A stretch of DNA of 64,000 nt from Rhizaria sp. SCN 62-66. Taxonomy: Eukaryota. Below are positions 12,901-26,502 of this stretch, piece after piece. The number at the start of each line of letters is the position of its first letter. Position 1 is the first letter of the stretch. The translations under genes were made by a program, and so were the position numbers. The stretch is taken from contig MEDY01000049.1 of the NCBI GenBank assembly GCA_001724265.1, positions 1 to 64,000 on the forward strand, read 5' to 3'. Below the pieces are notes generated by a model. The model saw only the letters and a list, made by a program, of their open reading frames with translations, made no database searches and was not told the origin of the DNA.

Positions 12901-15900
12901 GATGGTGCGCGCGGCGCGCCGCGCGGGCCGCGGACCTTGCGGGCAGCGCGGGAGCGGCGCGGCAGGCCGAGCGGCAGACCGCCTCCGGTCGCGCCGCCAG
13001 TCGCGCCCGGCTTGCCCACAGCGTTCGCGGTCGAGACGAGAGGCGCGGGCGCGGGCGCTGGTGCGAGAGCGGATGCGAGAACGACAGTCGGGGCGACTGT
13101 GGTAGCTGCGGGCGCGGAGACGCGCGATTGCAGTAGACGATTGTGCGCATGCTTGATGTTGGCTTGGGTCGAGTTTGTCACGCGCAGACTGTAGTTGTTG
13201 CCGTCAACGGCGCCACCGACGGTGACAGGCACTGCTGTGGGTGCCGTCGCCACGGTCCCAGAGAAACTGCCTTCGTCTGTCTGCGTCGGGTGCGCAACAC
13301 TACTGCTGTCGCCAAGAGAGCCGTTCTGACTGCTGGTACCTCCACTGATAGTCTTGCCTGCAGTCAAAGCGCCAGTGATGGTCAGGCCTGTGCCTCCGCT
13401 GGTACCTGCGTTGATGTTCCTGCTGCTGCTACTGTTACTCTGGTTGTGACTACTGTTAATGCTGCTAGTACTGTTGTTGTTCACAGAAACAGCCCCGACT
13501 GCGTGCGACAGCGGGAATAGCGGCGCCGGACGTAGCGGTGGCATGAGACCAGTTGCAGCACCCGCGTTGTTGTTGCTCGACGCGTTCAAGCCCACGCCCC
13601 CACGCAAACGCGCTGCGGCGAGAGCGGTGGCGGCATAAGCGCTGGCACTCACATCAACAGCTCCATCGACATACGCAGCAGCTGAGCTTGCACTGTTTTG
13701 TGTTTGAGCAGCTGTAGAGTACGAAGAGGTCGCGGGAACAGAGTCGGGTTGGCTCGCGGGGATGGGCGAAGATGTTACAGCAGAACGCGACTGGCTATCG
13801 CCGCCGGCGTCGGCGTCGCACTCGCCCTGCTCACGATCACCGTCGCGGTCGCGGCGCGTGCCCGTTGCCGCACCGCCCGACGGCGAGAAGAGCAGACGCG
13901 GAGTGACCACCGAGTTGATGTCACTGTGCGGCCACATCGACGGGGAGCCAGCGCCAATGCTGCGGCCACTCACAGACGTCGCAGATGGGGCTGTCGCCGG
14001 AACTCCAGGAACAGCAAGAGTCGACACTGCGCCCGCGTTTGCAGCACCAGTACTGGGGCTAAGAGACTGCTGAGCGAAGTTGTTGTTCAAGTCTCCACTA
14101 TCATGCTCGTCAACAGTTCCTTCATATTCGTCTTCATGGCCAAAATCGCCTTCGTCTTCGTCATCAACGTCTTCATCATGGTTCTGAGAGTCTGATGCTG
14201 AAAGTGAGTCAGAGACTGAGTCCGAGTCAAACTCGTTATCGTCGCCCTCGCACTCGTCGCTATCATCACCAATAGAGAGCAACATGCGCGGACTGTATGT
14301 GCGTCCATTGGAGGCCGCGACACTGACACCCTCGTTGGACGTAGCAGTACCGATTGTATTGCCGTCATTGATGAGCGCGATAGTACTCATGCTGTCTTTC
14401 TCCGCAGCTGCATCGCCAGGACTGGAGAGATATTGCTGCGCCGGTGAAGGGACATGCGAGTGTGCGGATGATAACGAAGAGTATGACTGTTGCTTTTGCT
14501 GGTGGTGCAACGTATTCGCAGCAACAACACTGCTACGGTGCGAGTGAGGTTGAGTGTCAAGGCTCGCGTAGTTGTTGTAAGCCGAAGCAGCTGCATCAGC
14601 AGTCTCGGCCTTGCGCCACGCCTTGCGCCACAGCAACATCCGCTGCCTGCGGCGCCGCATGCGGTCCGCGATCCTCCTGCTTTCGCGCACACTCTTCATC
14701 GCGCGCTCCTCGATTGCCGCGTCAGCGCCGTCCTCGCCTTCACCGGCGATCGCCGCGGCAGCCACGGCCGCTGCGGTCGCGCTCGCAGCAGTCGCAGAGC
14801 CGCCGGCGCCTGCGCTCGCGGCTGCAGCGCCAGAATGCACGTTGCGCAGCCAGCTGTCGGCCCAAGGCCAGGGGCCCGCGCGCGTGCTTGTCGTGATGCC
14901 CTGAGCGGCCGCGGTCGCCGCTGTGGCTGCGGCACCGACAACGCCCGCTGATGGCTCGACCGTGACAGGGATAAGCAAGGACGAGTGCGGCGCCGGTGCG
15001 CGCGCAGTGACCGACGTGAGGGTGCCATTGACGCTGCTGCTGTTGTGGTGTTGGCCGTAACGGTGCGCAGAGGCTGCCATCAGCGCTAGTTCGCCGTCTC
15101 CAGGCGCCAGGTTCGCGGATACAGCGGTCAGCAGCGCTGCAACGACGGGCGGGGACAACAGGCCAAGCGAGGCGGCAGCAGCGGGGTCGGGGATTGCCTG
15201 CTGTGAGCGCTGTCCATCGTCGTCGTCGCCGTCCACAAGAGCCGCGGCAGCAGCGGCTGCGGTGGCGGACGCTGACAAGAAGAGGAGATTGATAGGCACC
15301 GACACGCTGAAGTTGAGCTCGCTCGCGTTGGCCATATTCGCGGTCGGGTTATCTGTTGGCGCTGCGAAGGAAGTGATGTGGATCAAGTGCTGCCGTGAGT
15401 CGACAACGTAGACGACAGCACGTGCAGCGCCACCCAGTAGCGCGGCCGCAAGCGCAACGCGCTGGTACGTCACACCAGCCTGCGACGGGGCGAAGTTCAT
15501 CACAGGGGCGAGCTGCAACATCCAGAGCATGCGCTGCGAGTGCAAGTACGCGGACGTAATTGCAGATGTCAGTGCCTTGATCTGGGCGCGTGAGATCGCA
15601 CTCGCGGTCGCAAGTGCGTTGTTGACAGCAGTTGCCGTCCGAGTCTTAGGACTTTGTTTCTTGTACGTCGTCGCATCTGTAGTCGGAACAGTGTAAGTGA
15701 GAGCAGTGTGCGGCGACAATGGGTCCAACAAAGCGGGGATCGCTTCTAAGGGTACCCACAGGCCTCCGTTCTTGCCGCAGTCACTCACGTTATCGTAATC
15801 ACACTTGGATTCGTTCTCATTGTCGTTGCAGCGCTTGTTAGTGTTAGCGACCTCGATTTTAACGCCACGCTTGACATTCGTAGAGTTGTTACGCGTCGCC

Positions 15901-18900
15901 AGATTACTTGCATTACAGGTACACTGGCAGTTCGTCTGCATTACACCTGTGTCGACATAGTTAGCACGATCGTTATATGCGCTTTCTGCACGTAAGTCGA
16001 GCGCCGCGGCCATACCCACTCGCCTCATCGCTGTTCGCAGTGCGGATTGCAGCTCGGGACCGTTTGCACGCGGTCGCAAAAGCAGCCAGAACAGAGCGCC
16101 CTCGGTCGCGCTGCACAGAGCGCGCAGTTGCTTGTGCTTGCGGCGGATGCCCGGCAGCACTCGCGCGCGCACTGAGCGGCGCATCACACGATACAGACGC
16201 TGCGCAAGAGCAGACACCGGACGAGACTCTGCGTCGCCGGTGCTGCGCCTCGGAGTCCTGTTGAGCGCAGACGAATAATGCCGGTGCTTGGCGCTGCGAC
16301 TGTTGCGGGCCGCGTGGATTGAGTACGGGTTGCGCAGAAAGCGTCCTTGTTTTTGAGGCAAAGCGCACACGCTTGCGCCAGACCGCACTGGCAGGCTACA
16401 TCCTTCACTGCCAACATCTTCCTCACCAACGTGGGGGTCCTTACTGATGTGCGCAGAACCACTGCCTGCGGATGAAGAGCTATTGGCAGGTGATAGATAC
16501 CCAGTAGCTTCGAGCGACAGAGGCGCACCGCTGTTGTGACTATTTGGCGCACCGAGAAGCACGATGTTTGTCAACTTGTTGTGTGTGTTCGCATTAACAT
16601 GATTGTGAACGCGCGCATGGGAAGAGCTTGAGTTCACAGACATTGTGCTCATGCTGTCGCCATGGAGCAACATCATCGCAGCTCGCGACTGGGCTGTCAG
16701 CACATCGAGATTGCCGTCACGGTCAATCGTTCCTGGCGCAGCACTGTCTGCGCACGTAGCTGCTGTAGCGCTGTTCTTGATGTCGACACTATTGAGAGCG
16801 CCACGTCTACGCGCCCGGGTCGCGTTGTTGCCGTCGCCGTCCACGACGCTGCCCTGCGCCTTGCTACAGCTGCTATTGCTGCTGTGGACGTCGTCATCAG
16901 GATAGTTGTGAGCAGCTTCGTCGCTGTTGTCGTCCTCGTCATCGTTACGACTCATGCGCAGACTTGACTCGCCACCGTAGCGCCTGCCACGGCCCATTAC
17001 AAGTGCGCCAGGCTGTCCACCCGTGCTGCTGTGCGGAACGTCGAAGCCCGCGGGCAGCACCGCGCTCGCGCCACTACCCGTAATGACACTGGGCGGCGCA
17101 GGAGTGATGTACATTCCGCCGGGACCAAAGCCAGCGCTGTGGCTGTAACTCTGACTGTGGCCATGAGCGGAGCCAGTGACAGAACCAGCATAGACGGACT
17201 CGGCGGCCGGTGTGACCGTCGCCATGGCCGCGCCACGCACAGTCGGAAGCACGAGAGACTGACTGAGCGGAATAGCATTCTCCATGAGAGCGCCCGTTGT
17301 ATTCTTGTTCTCAGCACTCGCACGCATGGAATTCGCGTCCGCTGCTGCTTGCGGGCTCCGTATCGTAGAAGTGTCAAGGCCCGTACTGCTACGGCTGCGC
17401 AGCACGCGCTCGCCAATCGGACTCGACGCCAGCGTATGCGACTGGGGCTGGGAGCCTGAGTTGGTGTGATCAAGCGGGCGCGCAGCCGCAGCTGAGTTCG
17501 ACGGCGTTAGGACTGGCGTGGCAGAGCTCGAGCTGCTACGATGTTGCTGCAGCTGCAGTGGCTGCTGTGCAGTTCCGTGGTGCTTGTGCTTTTGCAGAGA
17601 GCCCGACCGTGACTCAGGGGTGCGGTCAACATTGTGACTACGGTAACGGTCGCGGCTGTGCGCAGGACTGCGCACGGGGCTGTGGGCGACGCCACGCCCA
17701 GACTCCGCCGCAGTGGCAACTGTCGCCGCATCATCAAGAGTCGGAGTGAGGATGTCAATGTCATCGATACACGAGTCATAGTCATCATCATCACCTTCGC
17801 CGACACAGTCTTCGTCGTTGTTGTCTTCCTTACTGGCCTTATTGCGGCTTTGACCGGACCCACGGCTCCCTTCCTTGATTCTCCTCGGCAAAAGCTTATT
17901 GCTAACCGACACGGCACGACTGCTCGCACGCGCGCTTTTACGAGCACTGCTCACGCCAACGACTGGCCCGGTAACGGTGACAGTGAGATGCTTGATATGA
18001 TCGGGCGAGGCACTGCCTGCCATTGTCGAAGCCGTATTGCGGCCCGTCGGCGAGCCTGCAGCGGTGCCGGAGGCGCTTGCGGTGTGGGTAGCGGAGCTGC
18101 TCTGGCGGTTGGTGCTGTTGCTGTCGCGCGATGAAACGCGCCGCGACAGTACCAGCACGCTTGCAGGGGCGCCGGTAGTGTTGTGAGTAGAAGTGGGGCG
18201 GGGGAAGTCAGAACCTGGCGCAGCGATAGAAGCCGCAGTCACGTGGTCGTTGTCTCCTGCCAAAGATCCGGTTGTGCTGTTTGCAGCTGCGTCTGCAACA
18301 GTCTTCGCGTGCAGCTGCAACAGAGCAGGAATCGGACCCAGCAGTCCAGCCACGCTGCTGCCGACGTAGCTGCTGCGCGTCACGTCACCGATCGTGCTAC
18401 CACAGACACTGCGCTTGCGCACGGCAACACCGGCGAGCGAGCCGGATGCGCTCGTCGTGACAACTGCAGCACCAGCAGGAGCGTTGTTCGCGGGAACAAC
18501 AACGCTGAGCCCAGCAGCCGAGTGGGTCGCACTGTTCGCCCCTGTGTTTGGAGTAGAGATCGCATTACTCGCGCCCTTGCGCGAGACCAGCGTCGGTGTC
18601 ATTTGCCCACGGCCCTTACCAACCGCAGCTGCAGCAGCCGCGATTGTCGCATGGGACGCTTGCGAGGCTGCGTGATTTCCAACGTATGCATGTAGCATAC
18701 CGAGAGCACCTGAATGGCTTGCGCTCGCGTTGTTATTGTGATTGCTGATTGCAGCAAGAAATGACTCTGTCCCAATCGAGTCGCTGTACATCGTGGAACG
18801 AGACTGGCCGCCGACACTGCTGCGCGCAGCGCCAGGGTAGCGCCGCGGCGCCGCGGTCGGCGTCACCTGTCCGTGAACGACAGTCACGCGCGGCGACGGC

Positions 18901-21900
18901 TGGCGGAAGCTCGCGTACGCACCGGACCGTTTCTCAGTGTGTTGCGCAGTGGAATAAGAAGGCGCGACTGGAGCGCCTGCGGCCGCTGCGGCGGCAAGCA
19001 GCAACATGCTTGCGCGCGGGATGCACCTATCAGCTGGTGAACCAGCTGTGATGACGTCGCTCTCGCTCTCCCAAATCTTCTTGCCCTTGGCGCGCGCCCC
19101 CGTCGACTTGACCGCAGGAACAACGTGGGACAGCGTGGCCGTCGACGCGGGTTCCGCATGTGCGTGAGAATGGCTCTGGTCCTTGCTGCCGCTGGCGTTG
19201 TGAGCGTATGGCGCGGGGTACTGGTCCGGGTGCGTTGCCGCGAGGCCCGTGTTACTGAGCGACGGGGCGACTGAGCCTGCTACGGACCGGGTGCCTGTGA
19301 CCACCGCCGCCACTGCAGCGGCGGTCGCGGCGCGGGCCGCTGCAGCAGCCGCATGGTCGTGCTGATGGTTGAGATACAGCTGCGCCTGCGTCTGCGCGTG
19401 CGGTTGCGATTGCAGCAGACACTGATCTAAGCGACGCGTTGCGGCAACAGCGGACGCGGGGCGGCCAACTAGCGATGCGGACGCTGCCGCAGCCACTGTC
19501 GCCGCAGCAGCAGGGTTAGTGATCGCGACGTTCGAGAACGCGACAGAAGACTGTGCCTGCGCAGCGGCGCTCGCGTTTGCAGGAGATCCAGCGGGAACAG
19601 AGCTGCCACTGACGCTGCTGGAGCTGTTCGTGCTTGCGATGTTGACATTGAGGCTGAGTTTGCCATTGTTGTTGACCGCAGAGTTACGAGCCGTGTCGGA
19701 AAGTGAATGGAGACTCACTGCTACGTTCGGACTAGTACTAATACTACTCGTTGTGGTCATCATATTGGTACCAGCGTTGTTCTTGATAAGCGTCGGTGAC
19801 AGTGTCACGGTCAAAGCCCGCTTCTCGCTGACTGGCCGCGCCATTAGCGCGGCGCCGGCCGTGCGCAGAGCACTTGTTGAGCCAGCCGCAGAGCCCAAGG
19901 GCGGTGTCGCTGCGGCGAGTAAAACGGGCGGCGGAGAAATAGCAGAGAGCGCGACCGACGGCGGGTATGCGGGGGATACTGGGGAGAATTGGACCAAGCC
20001 AACCCCTGCGCTCGCACTCGCAGCAGCCAATGTGCTTGGGAGCTCGACTCTTGGGGGACTCGGACCTGCAGGCACTGGAGATACTGTTGTTGCAGATCCC
20101 TTTTGCACGCAGCCAGCACTCGCTGCAGCAGTTGCAGCAGCAGCTGCAGCGGCCGACTCAAGAATTGCGTCCGCAGCCTCCGTCGCCTCTGCAGCTGCGG
20201 TCGCAGCCGCTGCGGTCGCGACCGCTGCGACCGCAGCAGCCAGCGCAGCACGCGAGCAGCGTCGCTTGTTGCCGTTCTTACTGCCACGTCGCGTGACATG
20301 ACGTAGCCAACGCTGACTACCGCTGTTTGCGCGACGATTATTCCGCCCCTTGCGGTTGCTGCCGCCGGCTTCAGCAGCGGCACTAGGCTGCGGCAAGCCG
20401 AGACTTGCACCGCAGCGTGCAGCGGCGTCGAGCCTGCGCGCGAAGTCTAGCCGCGTCTGCAGATCAAGCTGCCCCACGAGATCAAGCCACGCACGAGTTG
20501 ACTGACGCGTGTTCGTGTACCGCTGCTGTAGGGAAGAGAACTGTGACAGCGACGCAGCGTCCGCACTGCCAGTTGTCGTTGCTGCAACCGCTGCGGCAGC
20601 AGCGGCAACCTGCGCAGCACTGCTATAGTTGTAGCCGCTGTTGTAGCTTAGCCCCGCGCCACTGAAGCTGTGGTTGTAGCCGGGCGGCGAGGGAGTCGAC
20701 CCCATGCTGAACGCGTGGTTGATCACGTTCGTCGCGCCGTACGACCCTGGGGTGACTGTCGGCGTGAGACCGATCACTGTGCCCGTGAACACCCCGGAGC
20801 CCGAGGCGGACACAGGCATCAACGCGGACACGCCGGCCGGCGGACTGGACGAGTAGAGCGCATACGGCGCGGACTGCAGCCCGCCACTGGACTGCATTGC
20901 CGCGAGACCGGGACTGTCCTTGACTGAGCCGTACATCGACGCCGAAGCTGACGCTGACGACGACGACGACGCCATGGCAGAAACAGAGCTCGCGCTGCCC
21001 ACTTGCCGCTGGTTCGCGGCGCTAGGGCTGACTGTGGCGCTCGACGCGCTTAGACTGACGCCCGCACGCATTGGTGGCGTCAACGAGTACGGCGCGAGCT
21101 GCGGTGTGCTGGGCTGGATGAGGCGCGGGCACGTGTTGACAACCGCCGCGCGCGCAACATGTGACGACAGAGAGATCGCAGACGCGGTCGACAAAGCGGC
21201 GGATACACGGCGGGAACGCGGGGGCTGCTGAGATTGAGCCTGCGAATGAGACGGCGACTGCGAGTGCAACTGCGCCTGGGACTGCAGCTGGGCCTGCTGC
21301 TGAGGTTGCAGCTGGGCCTGAGAAGAGGCGGGCACGCCGGCCCCAGCAGTGACTGTCGGCGGAGCGGCTGCAGCAAGACCAGTTGTAGCACTCGCAGGCG
21401 TGCCGCCGCCGATCGTGCTGGCGCTTGTACTATTGTTGTAGCTGTTGCTGTTACGCTGACTGCTGCTGCTACTGCTGCTGCTGCTGCTGCTGCTGCCATT
21501 CGACTTCTGTGCAAACTCGTTCATTGACCCCATTGTGTTAACGTTACTCGCAATCTGAAGAGGCGCCGAGCCCTGCAGAGCACTGGACGGCACGTGCGCA
21601 GAGTTGAACTGGTGCAGCACGACACCGCCAGAAAGAGCAGGGGGACTGACAGACGTAGCCGGTGCGTTTGCGCCCAGAGCAACTGCATTCGAGTTGCCGT
21701 TGTTCGCATGCAGCGACACCGCGGGTGCAGGTGACGCAAAGCTGCGACTGTATTCGCGCTGGGGCAGTCCAGAGTGGGACAAGTACAGCTCCAGCTTAGC
21801 GCCACCGGCGTTGGTCCCGGTCTGATTCGCACCGCCGCCACCACCGGTGGTGCCACCGTGAACGCTGTTGCCGCCGCTGAGGTCACTGGTACTGCTGAGA

Positions 21901-24900
21901 GCCGAGCCAATCGCCGGGGGCTCGCCGGCGACGATGAGCAGTTCGCCGTTGGAGCCGACCACGAGCACGGGCACCGACTGCATCTGGTTCTGAGTCTGGC
22001 TCTGGCTGCGACTCCTGTTGTGGTGGCTGCCATGGCCGTGGATGCTGTTCAACGCGTGGGAAAAGTTGAACTGGCCGTGGGGCCCGCTGAACGCGAGGTC
22101 GCCCGGCAGCATCGGCGACATCGACGGCGAGTGCAGCAGCGAGCCGCCGCGCTGGATGACTGGACGGTGCAGACTGGCAGTGGAGAACAGGGGCGACACA
22201 AGATCGTTCGAGTGGGGCGAGTTAAGCTCGTGGACACTCGTGACGTTGTTCGAGTCAGGAATACCATTCTCCATCTCAACCTCGGTCACAGGTCCAAGCC
22301 CGAAGGATCCCGCCGCAGTGTGCGTCACCGCGACGGGCGACAGGGGACCCGGCCCAGGCACAGTCAAGAACTGGTTTTGCTGCACCGGCGCCGGGCCCGG
22401 GGCGACCGTGGGCGACGCGTCGAGCGGCGTCCACAGGCGCTGCAGCTGCAGCATCGTCGACAGCTGCGACGGCTGCGGCGCCGCGAAGGGCGACGCGATG
22501 TGCGAGGACGCGGGGGACGCGAGCTCGAAGCTGTGCTGCGCGTGGGGACCCTGCTGGTGGTACGTACTGCGGTCGGTTTGGATCAGCGCCTGGCCGTGGA
22601 CAAACAATTGGGAATTGGGCGACTGCATCCCGTTCTGCCACTGGCTCATCGCAGGATTGGCGTTCGCCTGTGAAAACGCAGCGGACAGGTGGGTTGACGG
22701 AGCCGGAGACACATAGCCGTGGGAGGTCGGGAACGATGCCTGTGACGTTTGTGGGTGCTGTTGTCGGTGGCTCGGCGACAGCTTGGCGACGCCATAGCCG
22801 CCAGGCTGTTGCTGCGCGGTCGTCGTGGTCGCGTACGGAATCAGCCCCACTGCACGTTGTTGTTGCTGCTGCTGCTGCTGCTGCAATTGTTGCTGTTGCA
22901 CCTGCAGCTGAACTCTTTGACAAGCCTGCGCGTTCGCAGTCGCAACCACGGCGGCGTCATAGCTTCCCGCAGGAATCGGGGCGAGACAGTACGGCGCGTA
23001 AAACGCCTGGCGCTCGGCCAACACCACCGGCGGCACGGTGGCCACAGCGCCCTGGCCCGCCGCCACCGCGACCGCGGCGACTGCGGCAAATGCCGCACGC
23101 GCGTCGCCGAGCCCGGACGCTAGCGCGGCGAGCGCGAACTGCAGCACGCGGCGCGGGCCCAGCGCGGGCACGGCGGTGTCGGCCAGCGTCCAGAGCGAGG
23201 CGAGCAGCGCCGACGGAGGCAGGGCGAGCAGAGCGGCCGCGCCGGCGATGTCCGCGGCCAGCTCGGCGTCGTTGGCTGCGGCCGGGGTGACGGGGGCGAG
23301 AGGCGCCGCGGCCGCGGCGGCTGCGGCGAGGGCGAAGGGGCCCTCGGTGTAGCTGTGGTGGCACGGCAGGCGCGGGACCGTGCCGCAGAGCGCGGCCAGC
23401 GAAGTGAACAGAAGGCGGCGCGTGCGCTGGCGGTGGCGACGCGTGTGGCTGTGGGGCGGGGACGTAGCGCCGGATGTTGCTGACGCTGCTCCTCCTGCGT
23501 TGTTGTAGATGCAAGAGGGGTTGTTGCAAAGTGCGAAACCGCAATATACGGTGCTGTTGTTGCTGTCACTCAAATACACAGTCGTATCCACGTCCAACGA
23601 CAGGCGTGCTTGACCGGCAGTATGAGTCGTGTAGGCGGTATTGCTAGAGCCGCCGCTGTAGCGTGACAGCTCGTTGTTGAACACAGCAATGCTGTCGTCG
23701 TCTCCAATCACGGCGTCGTTGTTGTCGTAGTCGTAGTCGTCCTCCTCGTCGTCTTCCTCGTGCGCGTCATCATCGCACTTTGCAGCGAGGCACGCGCTAC
23801 TTGTCGTATATGCGTTGGTGTTGGTGCAGTTGTCAGACACTCCTGAGTGCCCATGCTGTTGCTGAAAGAACGCCGCGTCGTCTTCGTCGTCATCGTCATC
23901 ATAGTAGGACCATGACGCGACCGTTGCGGCAGCCGCGGCGGCTTCAATCTCGGCCGCGGTCTCGGGCTCACTCTCGCAGTCGCTGCCGCTACCGCAGCTG
24001 CAGTCGCTGGGGCTGTTGCTGTTGTTATCCGTCGTGCTCGCGTCGTCGCTGAGTTCGTGTCGAGTCTCGTCCTCGTTCTGAGCGGCGGCGCTCTTGCTCT
24101 GGTGGCGTCGCCTGTTCTGCAGCGGGTGATGCTGTTGTTGCTGTTGACGGTCGCGTTCGCTGCTCACCCGCGCGCCCCCGTTGCTGCCACTGCACGCGCC
24201 GCCACTGCTGCGCTTGCTGTCAGCAATGCTTAGACTGCAAGACTTCTTGTTCGAAAGGGTACCGAGAGCTGTGTCGATGAGCGTGATTATATCGCTGTCG
24301 TCGAGCGCAAACGCGCGGCTCACAGTCACCCCTGCGGAAACCAGCGCATGGCCCACCGCCGCAGCGACGCCGGCGCACACCGTAACCATGACAGGCGCAG
24401 CTACAGCCGCCGCCGCCGTTGCCGCAGCTGTTGGGATCGGGGTGGTTGCTGTCGGAGTACCTCCAGTGCCTTTGGCTGCGCTTGCAGGGGTAGGAGATGC
24501 TGATGCCGGCGCAGTTGCCGCTGTTGCACCTACGGCAGATGTGGGATCGCTGCTAGAGTTACTGTTGCTGTTGTTCTTGCTACTGTTATTGCTGATAGAG
24601 CCAGCGGTGGCGTTAAAGCTAGGGAGAGCCGTGCGAGGCTTTGTCAGGAAGCTAACCCACTCGCTAACGTTTTCCGCAGTCTCCTCCGGCGTGAACAGCA
24701 CGTTGCCGGCACTCGCATCAGCAGCCGCACTTGCAGCGTTATTGCAGAGTTTATGCCGCCCCTTAGCTGCGCAGCGGAGCCGCGGGCCGCTGTCGGCGTC
24801 GCTGTTCTCGCTGCGAGTGAACGTGTCGTCGTCGGGACTGATGTGCCCACGGGCGTCGGCAGTGGCCTCGACGCCGACCGTCGCAACGGTGTCAGCCTTG

Positions 24901-25109
24901 CTTGTATTCTTGCTTGCAAAGTCGCTCGTGCTCTTGTCGGTTCTTTTGGAGTTGACGACGTTATTGTTGCCGCAGTGCCTGCAGGCGACCACGGCTCTCG
25001 CGTTGGTCTTTTCGGCAACCGCGGCAACCGCCGCCGCCACCGCCGCCGCCATCGCCTTGGCCTCGGCCTCGGCGTCCGTGTCGGTCTTGGGACTCGTGCT
25101 TGCGTTTGC

Positions 25110-25145
<36 letters not shown>

Positions 25146-25778
25146 TGCCACAATCGCCGCTGTCAGGGCGAGTGCCTTGGCTGCCAGCGCCGAGTCGGGG
25201 GTGACGGCGATCGGGCTGGTGCCCACAATCTCGCGCGAGTGGGTCACTGGCGTCACCTTGGGGCTCGAGCCAGTGTCCGTGGTGTTCGCAGCCGCAGTGG
25301 CAGTCGCAGTGGTGGCGGCGGGGGCGGTGATGACAGCAAGCTCAATCTCTTCGCCGCCGTCTTTGGCCGCGATTGAAGCCGCCGCGGCTGTGATGTCCGC
25401 GCTTGCCTTGTTGCTCTTGACATCCGGCTTCCCCGTGTCCTCGTCCGCCGGCTTGGCGTCGAACTCAGCGGCCGGGGCAGGGGCAGCGTCAGCGCTTGAG
25501 GCAGAGGCAGGACCTGGGACTGGGTCGTCGTCGGACACCAAGGCAACGTCAGTGACAGTTGCCTTATCACCCGCGCCTTTGTTGGTACTCTCCTTGCCGT
25601 CGAACCCCTTGTTGTCTGCCTTTTTGTCTGTATCGGCGCTCTCTGCAGAGGCGGGGGCAGCGGCGGTTGCGTCGCCGCTCGTGCCCCCAGCAGAGGCGCT
25701 GTTTGCGGTGTTGCTGGCGGCTGCAGCGGGGCCCGCCGGAGGGCCCGTATCCGCCGGCTTGGTGCACGCAGCACCCAT
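912..25778 (-). CDS. Giant single-exon (8,288 aa) GAF-GAF-class I cyclic-nucleotide phosphodiesterase-like protein, probably catalytically inactive, with N-terminal dual acylation signal
   Basis: Uninterrupted ORF from ATG 25778 (in-frame TAA just upstream) to TAA 912-914. Starts MGAAC. GAF-B at ~8760-9385 (LARQACYCESLSLHLIDRE...HAALIVPVKD..GRVFAVFSAENR...PFTAREADLL). Fragmented GAF-A. PDEase-like segment ~5300-7000 (FMLHDLGLAARFNL, LFHSWPRAV, IASLSQDIDHTGLSNAF, LYNGNSPMENL, CILATD). The remainder is Ala/Ser/Gly/Asn/Gln low-complexity sequence. Confidence 0.85.
25111..25137. repeat. (GTC)9 trinucleotide microsatellite encoding poly-Thr in the giant minus-strand ORF
   Basis: gtcgtcgtc... read directly. 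One of many coding trinucleotide runs in the window (poly-Q, poly-A, poly-S, poly-N). Confidence 0.9.
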
Positions 25779-26502
25779 CAGCTGATAACGCGGGGTTCGC
25801 TGTTACGGCTGCGGGGTGCACGGGTGCGAGGCGCGGAGGCGGAAGCCGGAAGTCGAGGTGGTGTGCCCTTAAGGGCGAGAGCCGGAGCTTTAAGACCAGC
25901 TAGCAAAAGGAACTGATTGAAAACAAATCTGCAACACCAACGTTAAAAAGGTTGCTACTTTGTTCTAGCGCAAAACACAACTAGTTTGTGTTAAGCGTGT
26001 GTTTCTGTGAGAGAAAACGGTAAAGAAGAATGACGCACACACGTGGGTTCGGCGGACTTAATGAGCAAACTTTTCAGGATTACAGAGCAATATATATTGT
26101 TCCGCAAGAGACTTTTAAATCGAAAAAGGAGCAGCCAAATGGTTCTCTCATTGGACAATCAATTAGATAGCTATTTCCATGAACGCATGGACATAAATTT
26201 GATGCGTCGTTACTGTTCAGCTGCTCTGCTGGAGTGCGACTCCGCTTGGGCCATGCATCCAGCGACGTGACCGTGCAGACACAGTCAACCCTTGCGATGC
26301 CAAATTGGTGCAGAGACTTGAAAGTGAAACAATCTTGTTTTATTTGAGCATACATACGCATGCCAACTCTTTAACTAATAACTATTTAAAACAGCACACG
26401 CACCACAGCACATTTCCAGCTCAAATGACCGTTCTACGCCGCCAACCTCACTGCCCCTCCAGATTCTGTGTGTATGATTTTTAGCTCACATCAGCAGCGT
26501 GC

